64,000 nt of DNA from Elusimicrobiota bacterium (GTDB lineage Bacteria; Elusimicrobiota; Elusimicrobia; UBA1565; JACRDR01), in assembly GCA_041694815.1 (NCBI GenBank), contig JBGFSC010000006.1, forward strand, positions 1 through 64,000. Reading direction: 5' to 3'. Each line of letters begins with the position of its first letter. Within the stretch, counting starts at the first letter, position 1. The notes beneath the pieces are model-generated. The model was not told the origin of the DNA, ran no database searches, and saw nothing but the letters and a program-made list of their open reading frames with translations. The position numbers and the translations under genes were made by a program. This document shows positions 9,394 through 18,725 of this stretch, piece by piece.

Positions 9394-9840
9394 TCTGTCA
9401 ATTGGAGAGCCGCCGCCGCGCCGGCCCTCGGGCTTTCCGATGAGGGCCGGGGTGGCGCCCTCGCCCAGCGGGACCGAAGAGGATTCGGGTGCCAATTGCT
9501 CCTGCTGGCGGCGCAATTGGCGGCTCATGCGCTTCATGTGGGCCTTGGCCTCGGCCTCCGACATCGGGCCGAGCTCGGCGGGGGCCGCGTCCTTGTCCGG
9601 GGGCACGATCTCGACGATGCCCATCTTTTTCTTCTCCTTCTCTAGGAAATCGTGGATCATCTCGTTGTTGACCGGAGGTGCGGGCTCGGCCAAGGCCGGC
9701 CCATCCATGGGGCCGGCGGGCCCCGCAGGGCCCGGGTTTTCTACGTACGGCAGGGGTTCAGGCCGGTGCAGGAAGGCGTAGAGCGCAGCACAGAGGAAGG
9801 CGGCGGCCGCCGCCCAGGCGACGGCGCGCAGGCGAGGCAT
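9391..9840 (-). CDS. Hypothetical membrane-anchored Pro-rich protein
   Basis: N-terminal TM; start codon overlaps the coaD stop. Confidence 0.65.
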   Translation of the reverse strand: MPRLRAVAWAAAAAFLCAALYAFLHRPEPLPYVENPGPAGPAGPMDGPALAEPAPPVNNEMIHDFLEKEKKKMGIVEIVPPDKDAAPAELGPMSEAEAKAHMKRMSRQLRRQQEQLAPESSSVPLGEGATPALIGKPEGRRGGGSPIDR

Positions 9841-10325
9841 TAGCTCCTTGTCTTGAACTTAACGCGCATCTGGCGCGCTACGACCGGTGGCACCATTTCG
9901 TCCAACTTCGATCCCATGCGCCCCACCTCCTTGACCATCGAGGAGGAAAGGTAGGTGTATTGCTCGTCGGGCATGAGAAAAACGGTCTCGACCTTCGGGT
10001 AGAGACGGCGGTTCATGGAGGCCATCTGGAACTCGTAGTCCAAATCCGAGACGGCGCGAAGGCCGCGGATGACGATATGCGCGTTCTTGAGCTTCAAATA
10101 GTCCACCAGCAGCCCGCTGAAGGTGTCGACCTCGGCCTGGGGGATGCCCCGGACGCTTTTTTCGAGCATGTCGAGCCGCTCGTGCACGCTGAAGGTATGC
10201 TTTTTAGACGGGTTATTGGACACCGCGATGATTACACGGTCGAACATGCGGCAGGCGCGGGCGATCAGGTCCAGGTGGCCGAGAGTGACGGGATCGAAAC
10301 TGCCAGGATAAACCGCTACGGTCAT
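9840..10325 (-). CDS. coaD: Phosphopantetheine adenylyltransferase
   Basis: AVYPGSFDPVTLGH, RGLRAVSDLDYEFQMA.MN, SSSMVKE. Confidence 0.97.
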   Translation of the reverse strand: MTVAVYPGSFDPVTLGHLDLIARACRMFDRVIIAVSNNPSKKHTFSVHERLDMLEKSVRGIPQAEVDTFSGLLVDYLKLKNAHIVIRGLRAVSDLDYEFQMASMNRRLYPKVETVFLMPDEQYTYLSSSMVKEVGRMGSKLDEMVPPVVARQMRVKFKTRS

Positions 10326-10408
10326 GGTGCCAGGCATCCACTTTCTACACTTTATTAACTTTCTTCCTTGAGAAGTTGAGAAAGTGAAGAAAGTGGATGC
10401 CTGGCACC
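10326..10408. repeat. REP/MITE-like palindromic element, family A
   Basis: Ends ggtgccaggcatccactttc ... gaaagtggatgcctggcacc; ACTTT subrepeats every 9 bp. Confidence 0.9.
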
Positions 10409-10414
10409 AATGTA

Positions 10415-10969
10415 CTAATTATCGGCGGCTTTTCGCCAGAGAGGCAGGGCGGCGGAGGCGATGGCGATCTTGACGCAGTCGCCGGGAATGAAGGGAAGAA
10501 GCCCCGCCGAGAGAAGGTTGGTCCCGGGCAAGAGGAAGCGCGACAGCCAGGCGAGCCCGCAGGTGAAGATGACGGCGCTGCCCAAGGCCAGCATCGCGAC
10601 GGTTTTGCCGGGCGAACGGTCCCAGCCGGACTCGGCGAGCCGGCCCACGAGCCAGGCGGCGGGCACGAAGCCGATGAGGTATCCTCCCGTCGGCCCCAGA
10701 AGATGCCAGAGGCCGAAAGCCCCGCCGGCAAAAAACGGCAATCCCGAGGCGCCCTCCAGGAGGTAGAGCGCCGTCGAAAAAGAGCCCCATCGGCTACCCA
10801 GCGCGGCGCCGGCGAAAAGCACCGCCAGGCTTTGGCCGGTCACGGGCACCACGGTCCAGGGCAGGCGGACCTCTATCTGCGCGCAGAGGCCTATCAAAAA
10901 GCTGAACGCCACAGCCTCCACGGCCCGGACGCCCGGGGCCCGCGTTTGGGCTATTGTCGCGCTAATCAT
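10415..10969 (-). CDS. bioY: Biotin transporter BioY
   Basis: VPVTGQSLAV, YLLEGASGLPFFAGG, GPTGGYLIGF, PFIPGD..K. Confidence 0.93.
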   Translation of the reverse strand: MISATIAQTRAPGVRAVEAVAFSFLIGLCAQIEVRLPWTVVPVTGQSLAVLFAGAALGSRWGSFSTALYLLEGASGLPFFAGGAFGLWHLLGPTGGYLIGFVPAAWLVGRLAESGWDRSPGKTVAMLALGSAVIFTCGLAWLSRFLLPGTNLLSAGLLPFIPGDCVKIAIASAALPLWRKAADN

Positions 10970-10986
10970 CGCGCGTATGCTAACAA

Positions 10987-11101
10987 ATGTTGGTGCCAGG
11001 CATCCACTTTCTTATGTTGGTGCCAGGCATCCACTTTCTTTACTTTCTCAACTTCCTAAGGCAGAAAGTCAACAAAGTGTAGAAAGTGGATGCCTGGCAC
11101 C
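10987..11101. repeat. Family A palindromic element (11019-11101) with a 27-bp tandem duplication of its left end
   Basis: atgttggtgccaggcatccactttctt occurs at 10987-11013 and 11014-11040; right end gaaagtggatgcctggcacc. Confidence 0.9.
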
Positions 11102-14100
11102 TTAGGCGGAGACGGTGTCCCCAACGGAAAAGTAGCGGGCCTGGGGGTGGTGGAACACGAGCGCCGAGACCGAGGCCTCGGGCTCCATCATGTAGCCTTC
11201 GGTTAGTTCGACGCCGATATGCCGGGTCGGATCGAGCAATTGGAAGAGCTTCTCCTGGTCCTTGAGCTCGGGGCAGGCGGGGTAGCCGAAGCTAACGCGC
11301 AGGCCGCGGTAGCGGGCCTGGAACTTCTCCTTGAGCGTCATCTGGGCCGGGTCGGGGAAGCCCCACATCGCGCGCAGACGCTCATGCAAAAGCTCCGCGA
11401 AGGCCTCGGCGCTCTCGATCGCGATGGCCTGCAGGGCGTGGGACTTGAGGTACTCGCCCGAGTCGCGGTAGCGCTCGGAGAGCTCGCGTATGCCGGCGCC
11501 GCAGGTGACGACGAAAAGGGCCACGAAGTCCATGCGTCCGGAGGCCTTGGGCGAGACGAAATCGGCCAGGCAAAGCCTTTCGCCGCCGCTCTGGCGGGAA
11601 AAATGGAAGATTTCGGTAGCGCGCGCGTCGGCGGGCGAGTCGTAGAGCAAGAGCGAGTCTCCCTCCGCCTGGGCGGGGAAGAAGCGGAACACCGCCTTGG
11701 CCTGCATCGCCCTGCTCGAGAGCATCTCCTCCTGTATCCCCTCGACGCGCTTGTAAAGCTCGACGGCCTTGGGGTGATTCTCCTGGAGCAGGCGCTCGGC
11801 GGACTTAAGCCCCAGATGCTTGCCGTAGAGCATGATGGGATTGATGTAGCGGAATATGTCCTCGACGGCGAAATCGGAAAGGACGTGCAGCTTGAGGTCG
11901 GGGGGCGTGGGGATGTCGCCGTGCAGGATCTTCGCTGCGGCGGGGGCCGAGCCGTTGAGCGCGGCGGCGGGAGCCGGCGCGTCGGAGCTCAAATGCGCCT
12001 GCACCTGCTTGTTCTTCTCGAGCAGCGCGGGGCGCCGCGCGGGGTCCTGGAGGTTGTTGGCGAGATCCAAGCCGAGCATGGCGTCCTTGGCGTAGAGGAC
12101 CGGGCCGGGGTAGCGCGGCGCGATCTTGGAAGCCGTGAATTTGGCGGAAAGGGCGGCGCCGCCGACGAGCACGGGGATGTCGATGCCAGCGTTCTTTAAA
12201 TCCTCCGCCGTCACCACCATCTGCTGCGCCGATTTTACGAGCAGCCCCGAGAGACCGATGATATGGGGGGCCACGCGCTTGATCGCCTCGATGAGCGTCT
12301 CCGGGGCCACCTTGATGCCCAGGTCGGTCACCTCGTAGCCGTTGTTCTTGAGGATGATGTGGACCAGGTTCTTGCCGATATCGTGCACGTCGCCCTTGAC
12401 GGTCGCCAGCAGCACCTTGCCCCGTGATGATGTTTGGCTGTGATCCATATGCGGCTCGAGAAACCCGACCGCCGCCTTCATGACCTCCGCCGACTGAAGC
12501 ACCTCGGCGACGATAAGGTCGTTGTTGGCGAACAGACGGCCCACCTCGTCCATCCCCTTCATGAGCGGCCCGTTGATGATCTCCAGGGGCCGGCGGGTTT
12601 TAAGCAGCTCCGCTAAGTCCTCCAGCAGCCCCTCCTTCGAGCCCTCGACGACGTTGCGCGCGACCCTCTCGTCGATGGGCAGGGAGGCGCGGGAGGGCCC
12701 CCGCTGGGCCGCCGGCTTGGCCTCCCGGAAATGTGCCGAGAATTCGGCCACCGCGTCGAAGCCGGCGGGGTGCGCCGGGTCCCCCGGCCCCTTCCAATGG
12801 AGCAGGGCCTCGGCCAGCCGCTTTTCTTCATCCGGAATCGTCGCGTAGCGGGCGATCTTTTCGGAGTTCACGAGGGCGAGGTCCAGGCCGGCCTGCACGC
12901 AATGGTGCAGGAACACCGCGTTGAGCACCTCGCGCCCAGCCGCGGGGAGCCCGAAAGAAACATTGGAGATGCCGAGCGCGGTCTTGCAGCCCGGCAGGGC
13001 CGCCTTGATGAGGCGCAAGCCCTCGATCGTCTCGACCGCCGAGCCGAAATAATTCTTGTCCCCGGTCGCGCACGGGAAGACGAGGGGGTCGAAGTAGAGA
13101 TCCTCGCTGGAGAGGCCGTATTTGCCGGTCAAGAGTTCGTGCGAGCGTTGGGCGATGGCGAGCTTGCGCTCTCGGGACACCGCCATGCCCTGCTTTTTGT
13201 CCTCGTCGATGGTGCCGACGATCACCGCGCCGCCGTAGCGCTTGAGTAGCGGCACGATTTTCTCGAAGCGCTCCTCGCCATCCTCGAGGTTGATCGAATT
13301 GATGATGCACTTGCCCGGACAGCGCTTGAGCGCCTCCTCGATGACCGTCGCGTCGGTGGAGTCGATCATGAGAGGGACTTTCACCTTCTTGGTGAGAAAA
13401 TCCAGGAAGCGGAGCATGTCCGCCTTCTCGTCGCGGTCGGGGTTGGCGAGGCAGACGTCGAGCACCTGCGCGCCGTGGCGCACCTGCCGCCGTCCGATCT
13501 CGGAGGCCTCCTCGAAGCCGCCCCGCACGATCATGTCCTTGAACAGCCTCGAGCCGATCACGTTGGTGCGCTCGCCGACGATGACGGGACGCTTGTCCTC
13601 CTCCACCGCGCAGCACTCCAGGCCCGAAACCGAGGAGCGGCGCGACGCGGAGGGCTGGCGGGGTTTCTTGCCTTGCGCCATCTGGCTGATGAGGCGGATA
13701 TGCTCGGGCGTCGTGCCGCAGCAGCCTCCCAAAATGTTCACCCAGCCCTCGTCGCAGAAGCGCTCGAGCTTCTTGGCGATCATCTCGGGGGTCTCATTGT
13801 AGCGGCCGTTCTCGTCCGGCAGCCCGGCGTTCGGGAAACAGGAGATGAAGAATTTGGAGAGCCCCGACAAGGTGCGTATATGGTCGGTCATGAAGTCGGG
13901 CCCCGTCGCGCAATTGAGCCCGACGCCCAGGAGGTCCCAATGGGCGACGGAGTCGTAGAGGGCCTCGGCCGTCTGCCCGCCCAGCATCACGCCCATGGTC
14001 TCGATGGAGGCCGACAGCACCACGGGGATCGAGCGGCCGAGCGCCGCGAAGGCGTTGTCGATGCCGATAAGGGAGGCCTTCACGTTCAAGGTATCCTGCT

Positions 14101-14614
14101 GCGTTTCCAGGAATAATAGGTCCGCGCCGCCCTCCAGGAGGCCTCGCGCCGCCTCCTCGTAATTCGTCGCGACCTCATCGAAGGTGATTCCGCCCGTTAC
14201 GGAGATCGTTTTGGTCCCCGGCCCCAGCGAGCCCGCGACGAAGCGGGGCTTGGTCGGAGTGGAGTATTTTTGAGCAGCTTTACGGGCGAGCCGGGCGGCG
14301 GCCCTGCTGAGCTCCAAGGTCTTATCCTGGAGCTCGTACTCGGCCAGCACATGCCGGATAGAGCCGAAGCTATTGGTCTCGATGATGTCGGCGCCGGCCT
14401 CGAGATAAGCCTCGTGGATGTCGTAGATCACGTCCGGCCTGGTCAAGACTAGGTTCTCGTTGCAGCCCTCCAAGGCGTGCCCCCCGAAGTCCTCGGGGCG
14501 CAGGTGACGCGCCTGGATGGCGGTGCCCATGGCGCCGTCGAGCACAAGCAGGCGGCGTTGCAGAAGCTCGCGCAGCTCGGGTTCCCTTCCGCGGTTCGTG
14601 AATTGAGCGTTCAT
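11102..14614 (-). CDS. metH: Cobalamin-dependent methionine synthase
   Basis: LDGAMGT, LNCATGP, GGCCGTTP, GERTN, TVKGDVHDIGKNLV (B12 binding), SFGYPACP. Confidence 0.97.
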   Translation of the reverse strand: MNAQFTNRGREPELRELLQRRLLVLDGAMGTAIQARHLRPEDFGGHALEGCNENLVLTRPDVIYDIHEAYLEAGADIIETNSFGSIRHVLAEYELQDKTLELSRAAARLARKAAQKYSTPTKPRFVAGSLGPGTKTISVTGGITFDEVATNYEEAARGLLEGGADLLFLETQQDTLNVKASLIGIDNAFAALGRSIPVVLSASIETMGVMLGGQTAEALYDSVAHWDLLGVGLNCATGPDFMTDHIRTLSGLSKFFISCFPNAGLPDENGRYNETPEMIAKKLERFCDEGWVNILGGCCGTTPEHIRLISQMAQGKKPRQPSASRRSSVSGLECCAVEEDKRPVIVGERTNVIGSRLFKDMIVRGGFEEASEIGRRQVRHGAQVLDVCLANPDRDEKADMLRFLDFLTKKVKVPLMIDSTDATVIEEALKRCPGKCIINSINLEDGEERFEKIVPLLKRYGGAVIVGTIDEDKKQGMAVSRERKLAIAQRSHELLTGKYGLSSEDLYFDPLVFPCATGDKNYFGSAVETIEGLRLIKAALPGCKTALGISNVSFGLPAAGREVLNAVFLHHCVQAGLDLALVNSEKIARYATIPDEEKRLAEALLHWKGPGDPAHPAGFDAVAEFSAHFREAKPAAQRGPSRASLPIDERVARNVVEGSKEGLLEDLAELLKTRRPLEIINGPLMKGMDEVGRLFANNDLIVAEVLQSAEVMKAAVGFLEPHMDHSQTSSRGKVLLATVKGDVHDIGKNLVHIILKNNGYEVTDLGIKVAPETLIEAIKRVAPHIIGLSGLLVKSAQQMVVTAEDLKNAGIDIPVLVGGAALSAKFTASKIAPRYPGPVLYAKDAMLGLDLANNLQDPARRPALLEKNKQVQAHLSSDAPAPAAALNGSAPAAAKILHGDIPTPPDLKLHVLSDFAVEDIFRYINPIMLYGKHLGLKSAERLLQENHPKAVELYKRVEGIQEEMLSSRAMQAKAVFRFFPAQAEGDSLLLYDSPADARATEIFHFSRQSGGERLCLADFVSPKASGRMDFVALFVVTCGAGIRELSERYRDSGEYLKSHALQAIAIESAEAFAELLHERLRAMWGFPDPAQMTLKEKFQARYRGLRVSFGYPACPELKDQEKLFQLLDPTRHIGVELTEGYMMEPEASVSALVFHHPQARYFSVGDTVSA

Positions 14615-14615
14615 T

Positions 14616-14642
14616 AAAAAACCCACGCCTTAGGCGTGGGTT
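14616..14642 (-). promoter_or_regulatory. Hairpin plus U-tract immediately before the metH ATG
   Basis: Minus strand aacccacgcc-taa-ggcgtgggtt-tttt-a-ATG. Confidence 0.7.
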
Positions 14643-14645
14643 GTT

Positions 14646-14697
14646 CTCCTCTTTAGCGCCCTGTAGGCCGGGGCAATTCGGATCAAATCCTCGCCGA
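14646..14697 (-). ncRNA. SAM-II-like riboswitch
   Basis: Minus strand ggcgagGATTTGAtCCGaATTGCcccggcctacagggcGCTAAAgaGGag resembles the SAM-II core (GAUUU..CCG.AUUGC...GCUAAA..GG); located upstream of metH. Confidence 0.7.
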
Positions 14698-14742
14698 AGC
14701 TGCCAATAGAATAGCGTCTTTCGACGGGAAAATCAATGGTTT

Positions 14743-15534
14743 TTAAAGCCCAACCGGCAGACCGACCGCCTGCTTCGGGCGCCATTTCTTCCAGGCCGTT
14801 TCGAAGGATTCTAGATTAGAATATCCGTAAACGGCATAGAGTGCCCGATCCAACCCCTCGCCTTCGCGCAGCTTGGCACAGAAATCGACGAAGCTGTTTT
14901 CGATATGCCCGCGTTTGATGAAGCGCACCACGCTGTGGGCCTGTTGGTACCAGGCGCTCACGCGGGCCTTGGGCGTGTCCAGGCGTGGCGCGGTTTTAAA
15001 AAAATCCTCCAATGGAATCGGAGCGTCGAGCACGGGTCCCTTGTCGCGGGGATCGGGGAAGGCGAGGGTCTCGTTCTCCAGCATCCCCGCCAGGCCTTCG
15101 TCGAGCCATCGCGGGGGCACGCCGCCTTTTTCCTTGAAGAAAGAGTGGAGGTATAGATGCGTCAGCTCGTGGGCGACAACGGCGGTTTCAACCGGCTCGT
15201 ATAGCGCGACCGCCCTTTCGGCGATGTTGAACAAGCCTCCGGACCATGGCGGTGGCCTAAAGCGCCCGCGGAGATAGGCGTCATGATCCTTATAAAAATA
15301 GACATGGGTCTTGTCCTGATCTATCCAGCTGACGAGCTTTCCCATCTCGCCGCGCATGGCCTCGAAGACGCGGTCGAGGCGGTTAAAATCTCCAAGCGCG
15401 GAATCCCTCTTCTCATGGTGGACAACGAAGTGCAGGGAGTCGTCGGAGCTCCAGTTTTTTTCCGATGAATCCTGGGCGGTCGTCGGGGGAGCCAGCAGCA
15501 GAAGCGTGAGGAGGGACGCCTTTCTGGGGTTCAT
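14743..15534 (-). CDS. Secreted peptidase MA-like zinc metalloprotease domain protein
   Basis: AHELTH...PRWLDEGLA...WYQQA; signal peptide. Confidence 0.8.
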   Translation of the reverse strand: MNPRKASLLTLLLLAPPTTAQDSSEKNWSSDDSLHFVVHHEKRDSALGDFNRLDRVFEAMRGEMGKLVSWIDQDKTHVYFYKDHDAYLRGRFRPPPWSGGLFNIAERAVALYEPVETAVVAHELTHLYLHSFFKEKGGVPPRWLDEGLAGMLENETLAFPDPRDKGPVLDAPIPLEDFFKTAPRLDTPKARVSAWYQQAHSVVRFIKRGHIENSFVDFCAKLREGEGLDRALYAVYGYSNLESFETAWKKWRPKQAVGLPVGL

Positions 15535-15595
15535 GCCTAACCGCTAGGGTAAATCGAAGTCCGCCGCTTGTCAACGGGAGATTGGTTATAAAGCG

Positions 15596-15625
15596 AACGG
15601 CGCCGGAGCTTGCTCCGGCGCCGTT
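15596..15625. terminator. GC-rich hairpin downstream of the 15643-16371 gene
   Basis: aacggcgccggag-cttg-ctccggcgccgtt. Confidence 0.65.
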
Positions 15626-15642
15626 GGTCGGAAAGAACGGCT

Positions 15643-16371
15643 TTAACGATTGCGAATCTTGTCGATGAGCACGCCACCCGCGCCGATGGCCGCGCCGACG
15701 ACGGCGCCACCGATCACTCCGGTGCCGAGCAGGAAGCCCAGCGCCGCGCCCGCGACGATGCCTGCACCCAGGATGCGGGTGCGGTTGACACCGGCGTCAG
15801 ACTGCACGCCCACCTTGTTGGCCACCAGCGAGCCGAGCCCGAGGCCCAGGACGCCGGCGCCCAAACCGAAGAGCGTGGTGATGGCCACGTTCTGGGCGAC
15901 GAACGGGATGATCTCGCCCAAGCCGATCGTGATTCCGAAGAACGCGGCCATTTGCTGATAGGCCGCGACCGTCTGGAGCGAGCTGACCAAGCCCAAAGCG
16001 GCTCCGACCACTGCGGAAACGCCATGGGCCGTGCCGTTGCCCTTGCGGTTGGCTTTCGGCGCATCCGGCGGGGGAACCTCGCCGTTGCCGCCGTCGCCCT
16101 CGTTCGAAACGTACTTGAAGCTGCGGCCCTTGAGCCCGAACCGAGCCGCGACCCCGCCTTTGACGTTCTTGGCCGCGATGCCCGTCAGGGCTCGCTCGGC
16201 CTCGAGCGCTCCGGCGTGCATTCCCTCGGCGCTGCCCACTCCGGCCAGCTGCGAGGAGATTCCTGCGGCATTCTCCAGGTTGGTCGACAGGCCGCCCTGC
16301 GCGTAGCTCACGTTGCCGTAAGGCATGATCGCGAGCGCCGCCACTACGACTATCATGTTTTTCATTTTCAT
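15643..16371 (-). CDS. Secreted protein with C-terminal glycine-zipper hydrophobic helices
   Basis: SD ggaaggag; signal MKMKNMIVVVAALAIMPYGNVSYA; GAGIVAGAALGFLLG, GGAVVGAAIGAGG. Confidence 0.75.
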   Translation of the reverse strand: MKMKNMIVVVAALAIMPYGNVSYAQGGLSTNLENAAGISSQLAGVGSAEGMHAGALEAERALTGIAAKNVKGGVAARFGLKGRSFKYVSNEGDGGNGEVPPPDAPKANRKGNGTAHGVSAVVGAALGLVSSLQTVAAYQQMAAFFGITIGLGEIIPFVAQNVAITTLFGLGAGVLGLGLGSLVANKVGVQSDAGVNRTRILGAGIVAGAALGFLLGTGVIGGAVVGAAIGAGGVLIDKIRNR

Positions 16372-16457
16372 GCTCCTTCCTAAATCACTCCCAACCCCCC
16401 GGAGTGAGATCATGTTCAAGCGGGGCCTATTATAAGAACCATGGCCCAAAAATGACA

Positions 16458-16518
16458 TGGGCCTTGCGGCCCGCCGGGAAAGGTCTTTTGGCCTATGCGC
16501 CATAGGACCTTGGACCTG
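16458..16518. promoter_or_regulatory. Three tandem palindromic boxes in a divergent promoter
   Basis: tgggcc-ttgc-ggcccg (16458), aaggtc-tttt-ggccta (16480), taggac-cttg-gacctg (16503). Confidence 0.75.
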
Positions 16519-16539
16519 GTATGTTGTATATTCGCTTGA

Positions 16540-17142
16540 ATGGGCATCCGTAGCGCTTTGCTGCTTCTTCTCCTTGCCTCCACGGCGTCGAGGGCCGCCG
16601 AGGTCCCGGAGGGAGGCTGGCTTGTCGGCGTGGGCGCCGGGCTGGGCATGCCGTACGGGCCGGCGCAGGATAAGCTGGGATCGCCCATGCTCTTGGGTGG
16701 CCAAGCGATCTTCCACCGGCGCAAGGAATGGAGCGTCGGCGCCCAGCTTGACCGGCTCGCATTCAAATCCAAGGGAGGCAGTCGGGCCAACATGACCGCG
16801 GCCCTGGCCGTGCTGCGGGGGAATATCGGGATGGATTTCGAAAAATCGGTGCCGTACATGCTGTTCGGGGTCGGCTATTCCGAAAGCCACGCCGATGTGG
16901 CCGCGGGCGGAGAAGACCGCGGCGCCGGTCCCGCTTTCTGCCTAGGACTGGGGTTGGATTACGCGCTGGCTGGCCCGTTGGGTACTGGCTGGGAAGTGAA
17001 ATTCCAGAGAATGTCGGCGCCGTTGGGCAGGCTCGGTTTGACGGGAGCCACGGTGATCGCCTTCTACTTGAGGCTTAATTTTGGATGGGGACCGGGAGGA
17101 GATCCCTTCGAATCGGCCCCCAGGTCCCTTCACCAAAATTAA
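16540..17142 (+). CDS. Outer-membrane beta-barrel protein (OmpA/OmpW-like, 8-stranded)
   Basis: Signal peptide, PYMLFGVGY, LGLGLDY, alternating beta pattern. Confidence 0.7.
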   Translation: MGIRSALLLLLLASTASRAAEVPEGGWLVGVGAGLGMPYGPAQDKLGSPMLLGGQAIFHRRKEWSVGAQLDRLAFKSKGGSRANMTAALAVLRGNIGMDFEKSVPYMLFGVGYSESHADVAAGGEDRGAGPAFCLGLGLDYALAGPLGTGWEVKFQRMSAPLGRLGLTGATVIAFYLRLNFGWGPGGDPFESAPRSLHQN

Positions 17143-17156
17143 CGACCTTTAGGGAT

Positions 17157-17606
17157 TTATTGAAGAACCCAGGCCTGCGCCTCTTCGACGGATTCGGGTG
17201 CGCCGGCGAGCTGTCGCACGAGATTCCCTTCGGAGTCGGAGAGAAAGAATTGCGGTACGGCGCTGATGCCGACCTTGTTCTCGGGGTCGAGGAGCGTATC
17301 GGGGCCGAACACGCGCGCGTACTCCTGCAGCGATTGCAGTCCGTCCATGCCCACGGCCACCCGGGTCGGCACTCCCTTGGCCTTGAGAGATTCGCGGAGC
17401 TTGATGATCAGCGGCGTCGCGCGACGGCAATAACCGCACCAGGGCGCGAGATAGACGGTCAGGCATTTGGAGCTCGGGCAGGAGGCGAGCTCCACCGTGC
17501 TTCCCGAGAGGGTGGGGAGCGAGACCCCCTTGAGCCGCCCTTGCTCGGGCGGGGTTCCGGAGCAGCCGGAAAAAATGAGGAGGACGGCGAGAATACCCGG
17601 CAGCAT
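17157..17606 (-). CDS. Thioredoxin-like (TlpA-type) lipoprotein
   Basis: Lipobox FSGC, APWCGYC, ISAVPQFF. Confidence 0.85.
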   Translation of the reverse strand: MLPGILAVLLIFSGCSGTPPEQGRLKGVSLPTLSGSTVELASCPSSKCLTVYLAPWCGYCRRATPLIIKLRESLKAKGVPTRVAVGMDGLQSLQEYARVFGPDTLLDPENKVGISAVPQFFLSDSEGNLVRQLAGAPESVEEAQAWVLQ

Positions 17607-17628
17607 GGCCTATATGGTACAATATTCC

Positions 17629-17991
17629 GCGAAGCGGCTGGGGGGTCGCTCCGGTTTTTGCCGGAGAGGAACTTCCGGACTCCTAGAGCAGGGCGCCCGC
17701 CGAAAGGCGGGGCTCCGGGGCCGCAAGGCCTCGGAGACGGAAAGTGCCACAGAGAACATACCGCTCGGCCTTCGGGCCGTGCAAGGGTGAAAAGGCGAGG
17801 TAAGAGCTCACCGCTGACGCCGCGAGGCGCAGGCATGGCAAACCCCGCTCGGAGCAAGGCAGCAGGACGGTCGCGCGGCTCGCGCGGGTCCGGGTGCACG
17901 TGGCCTGGACCGGCCGTCCGGTAGCCGCATAGAGAAATGATCCCCGCTCGGCGCGAGCCGAGCACAGGATCCGGGGTATAGGCCGCTTCGC
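17629..17991 (+). ncRNA. rnpB: RNase P RNA, class A
   Basis: P1 gcgaagcggc/gccgcttcgc; GAGGAActtCCGGAC; GAAAGTGCCACAGA; GGGTGAAAAGGCGAGGTAAGAGC; GGCAAACCCC...GGAGCAAGG; ACAGGATCCGGggTA; TGgTACAAT promoter at 17615. Confidence 0.93.
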
Positions 17992-17997
17992 TATTTA

Positions 17998-18678
17998 ATG
18001 CCGAATACGATTCTACTCGTCGAGGACGACGCCCAGACCCGCGGCATGGTGCAGGCGGCGCTTTCCGGCGTCGGGCACCGGGTGCTGGCCACCGACGGGG
18101 CAAAATCGGGCTGGCATCTGTTCTCCTCCGAGAAGCCGGATTTGGCCGTGCTCGATTTGGAGCTGGCCGACGGCAACGGCCTGGATTTCTGCAAGAAGAT
18201 CCGGGAGCACAAGGAGCTTCACCATACGCCCGTGATCATCCTGACCGGAGCCTCCGAGCTCGACAGCAAGGTTTCGGGCTTCGCCGCGGGCGCCGATCAG
18301 TACCTCGTTAAACCGGTGCCTCCCCAGGAACTGCTCTTGTGGGTGGACGCGCTGCTGCGCCGAGTGTCTTATGAAAAGGAAGAGGGGGATGTGCTCAAGG
18401 CCGGCGACTGCGAGATCGACATCAAGTCGCATCTGGTACGATTTAAGGGCGCCCTTATCCCGAATCTCACGGTCAAGGAATTCGAGCTGCTCTATTTCCT
18501 GGTCAAGCGCCGGCCGAACGTGTTCAGCCGCAAGGCCATCCTCTCGACGCTCTGGCACACCATCACGGTCGACCATGTCGTCGACACCCACCTGACCAAT
18601 CTTCGCAAGAAGCTTCCGCGCGAATTAGCCGATAAACTTCAAACCATTCCTGGCAAAGGGTTCCGTTTCTTGGAGTAA
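17998..18678 (+). CDS. OmpR-family response regulator
   Basis: ILLVEDD, PDLAVLD, GADQYLVKP, LTVKEFELL, VDTHLTNLRKKL..TIPGKGF. Confidence 0.93.
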   Translation: MPNTILLVEDDAQTRGMVQAALSGVGHRVLATDGAKSGWHLFSSEKPDLAVLDLELADGNGLDFCKKIREHKELHHTPVIILTGASELDSKVSGFAAGADQYLVKPVPPQELLLWVDALLRRVSYEKEEGDVLKAGDCEIDIKSHLVRFKGALIPNLTVKEFELLYFLVKRRPNVFSRKAILSTLWHTITVDHVVDTHLTNLRKKLPRELADKLQTIPGKGFRFLE

Positions 18679-18725
18679 GCGCGTAAAAGCTGTCGTTCCC
18701 TTTCCTTTATATAGATATACAGGAG

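Noticed and set aside
10326..11101. Repeats as a CRISPR array
   Set aside because: They are inverted and dispersed, with no regular repeat-spacer series and no cas genes
16372..16890. N-terminal extension of the 415-aa ORF
   Set aside because: It overlaps the divergent beta-barrel gene; the SD and signal peptide place the start at 16371/16365
17085..18103. ORFs of 279, 214 and 107 aa overlapping this region
   Set aside because: Shadow ORFs over rnpB and the thioredoxin-like gene
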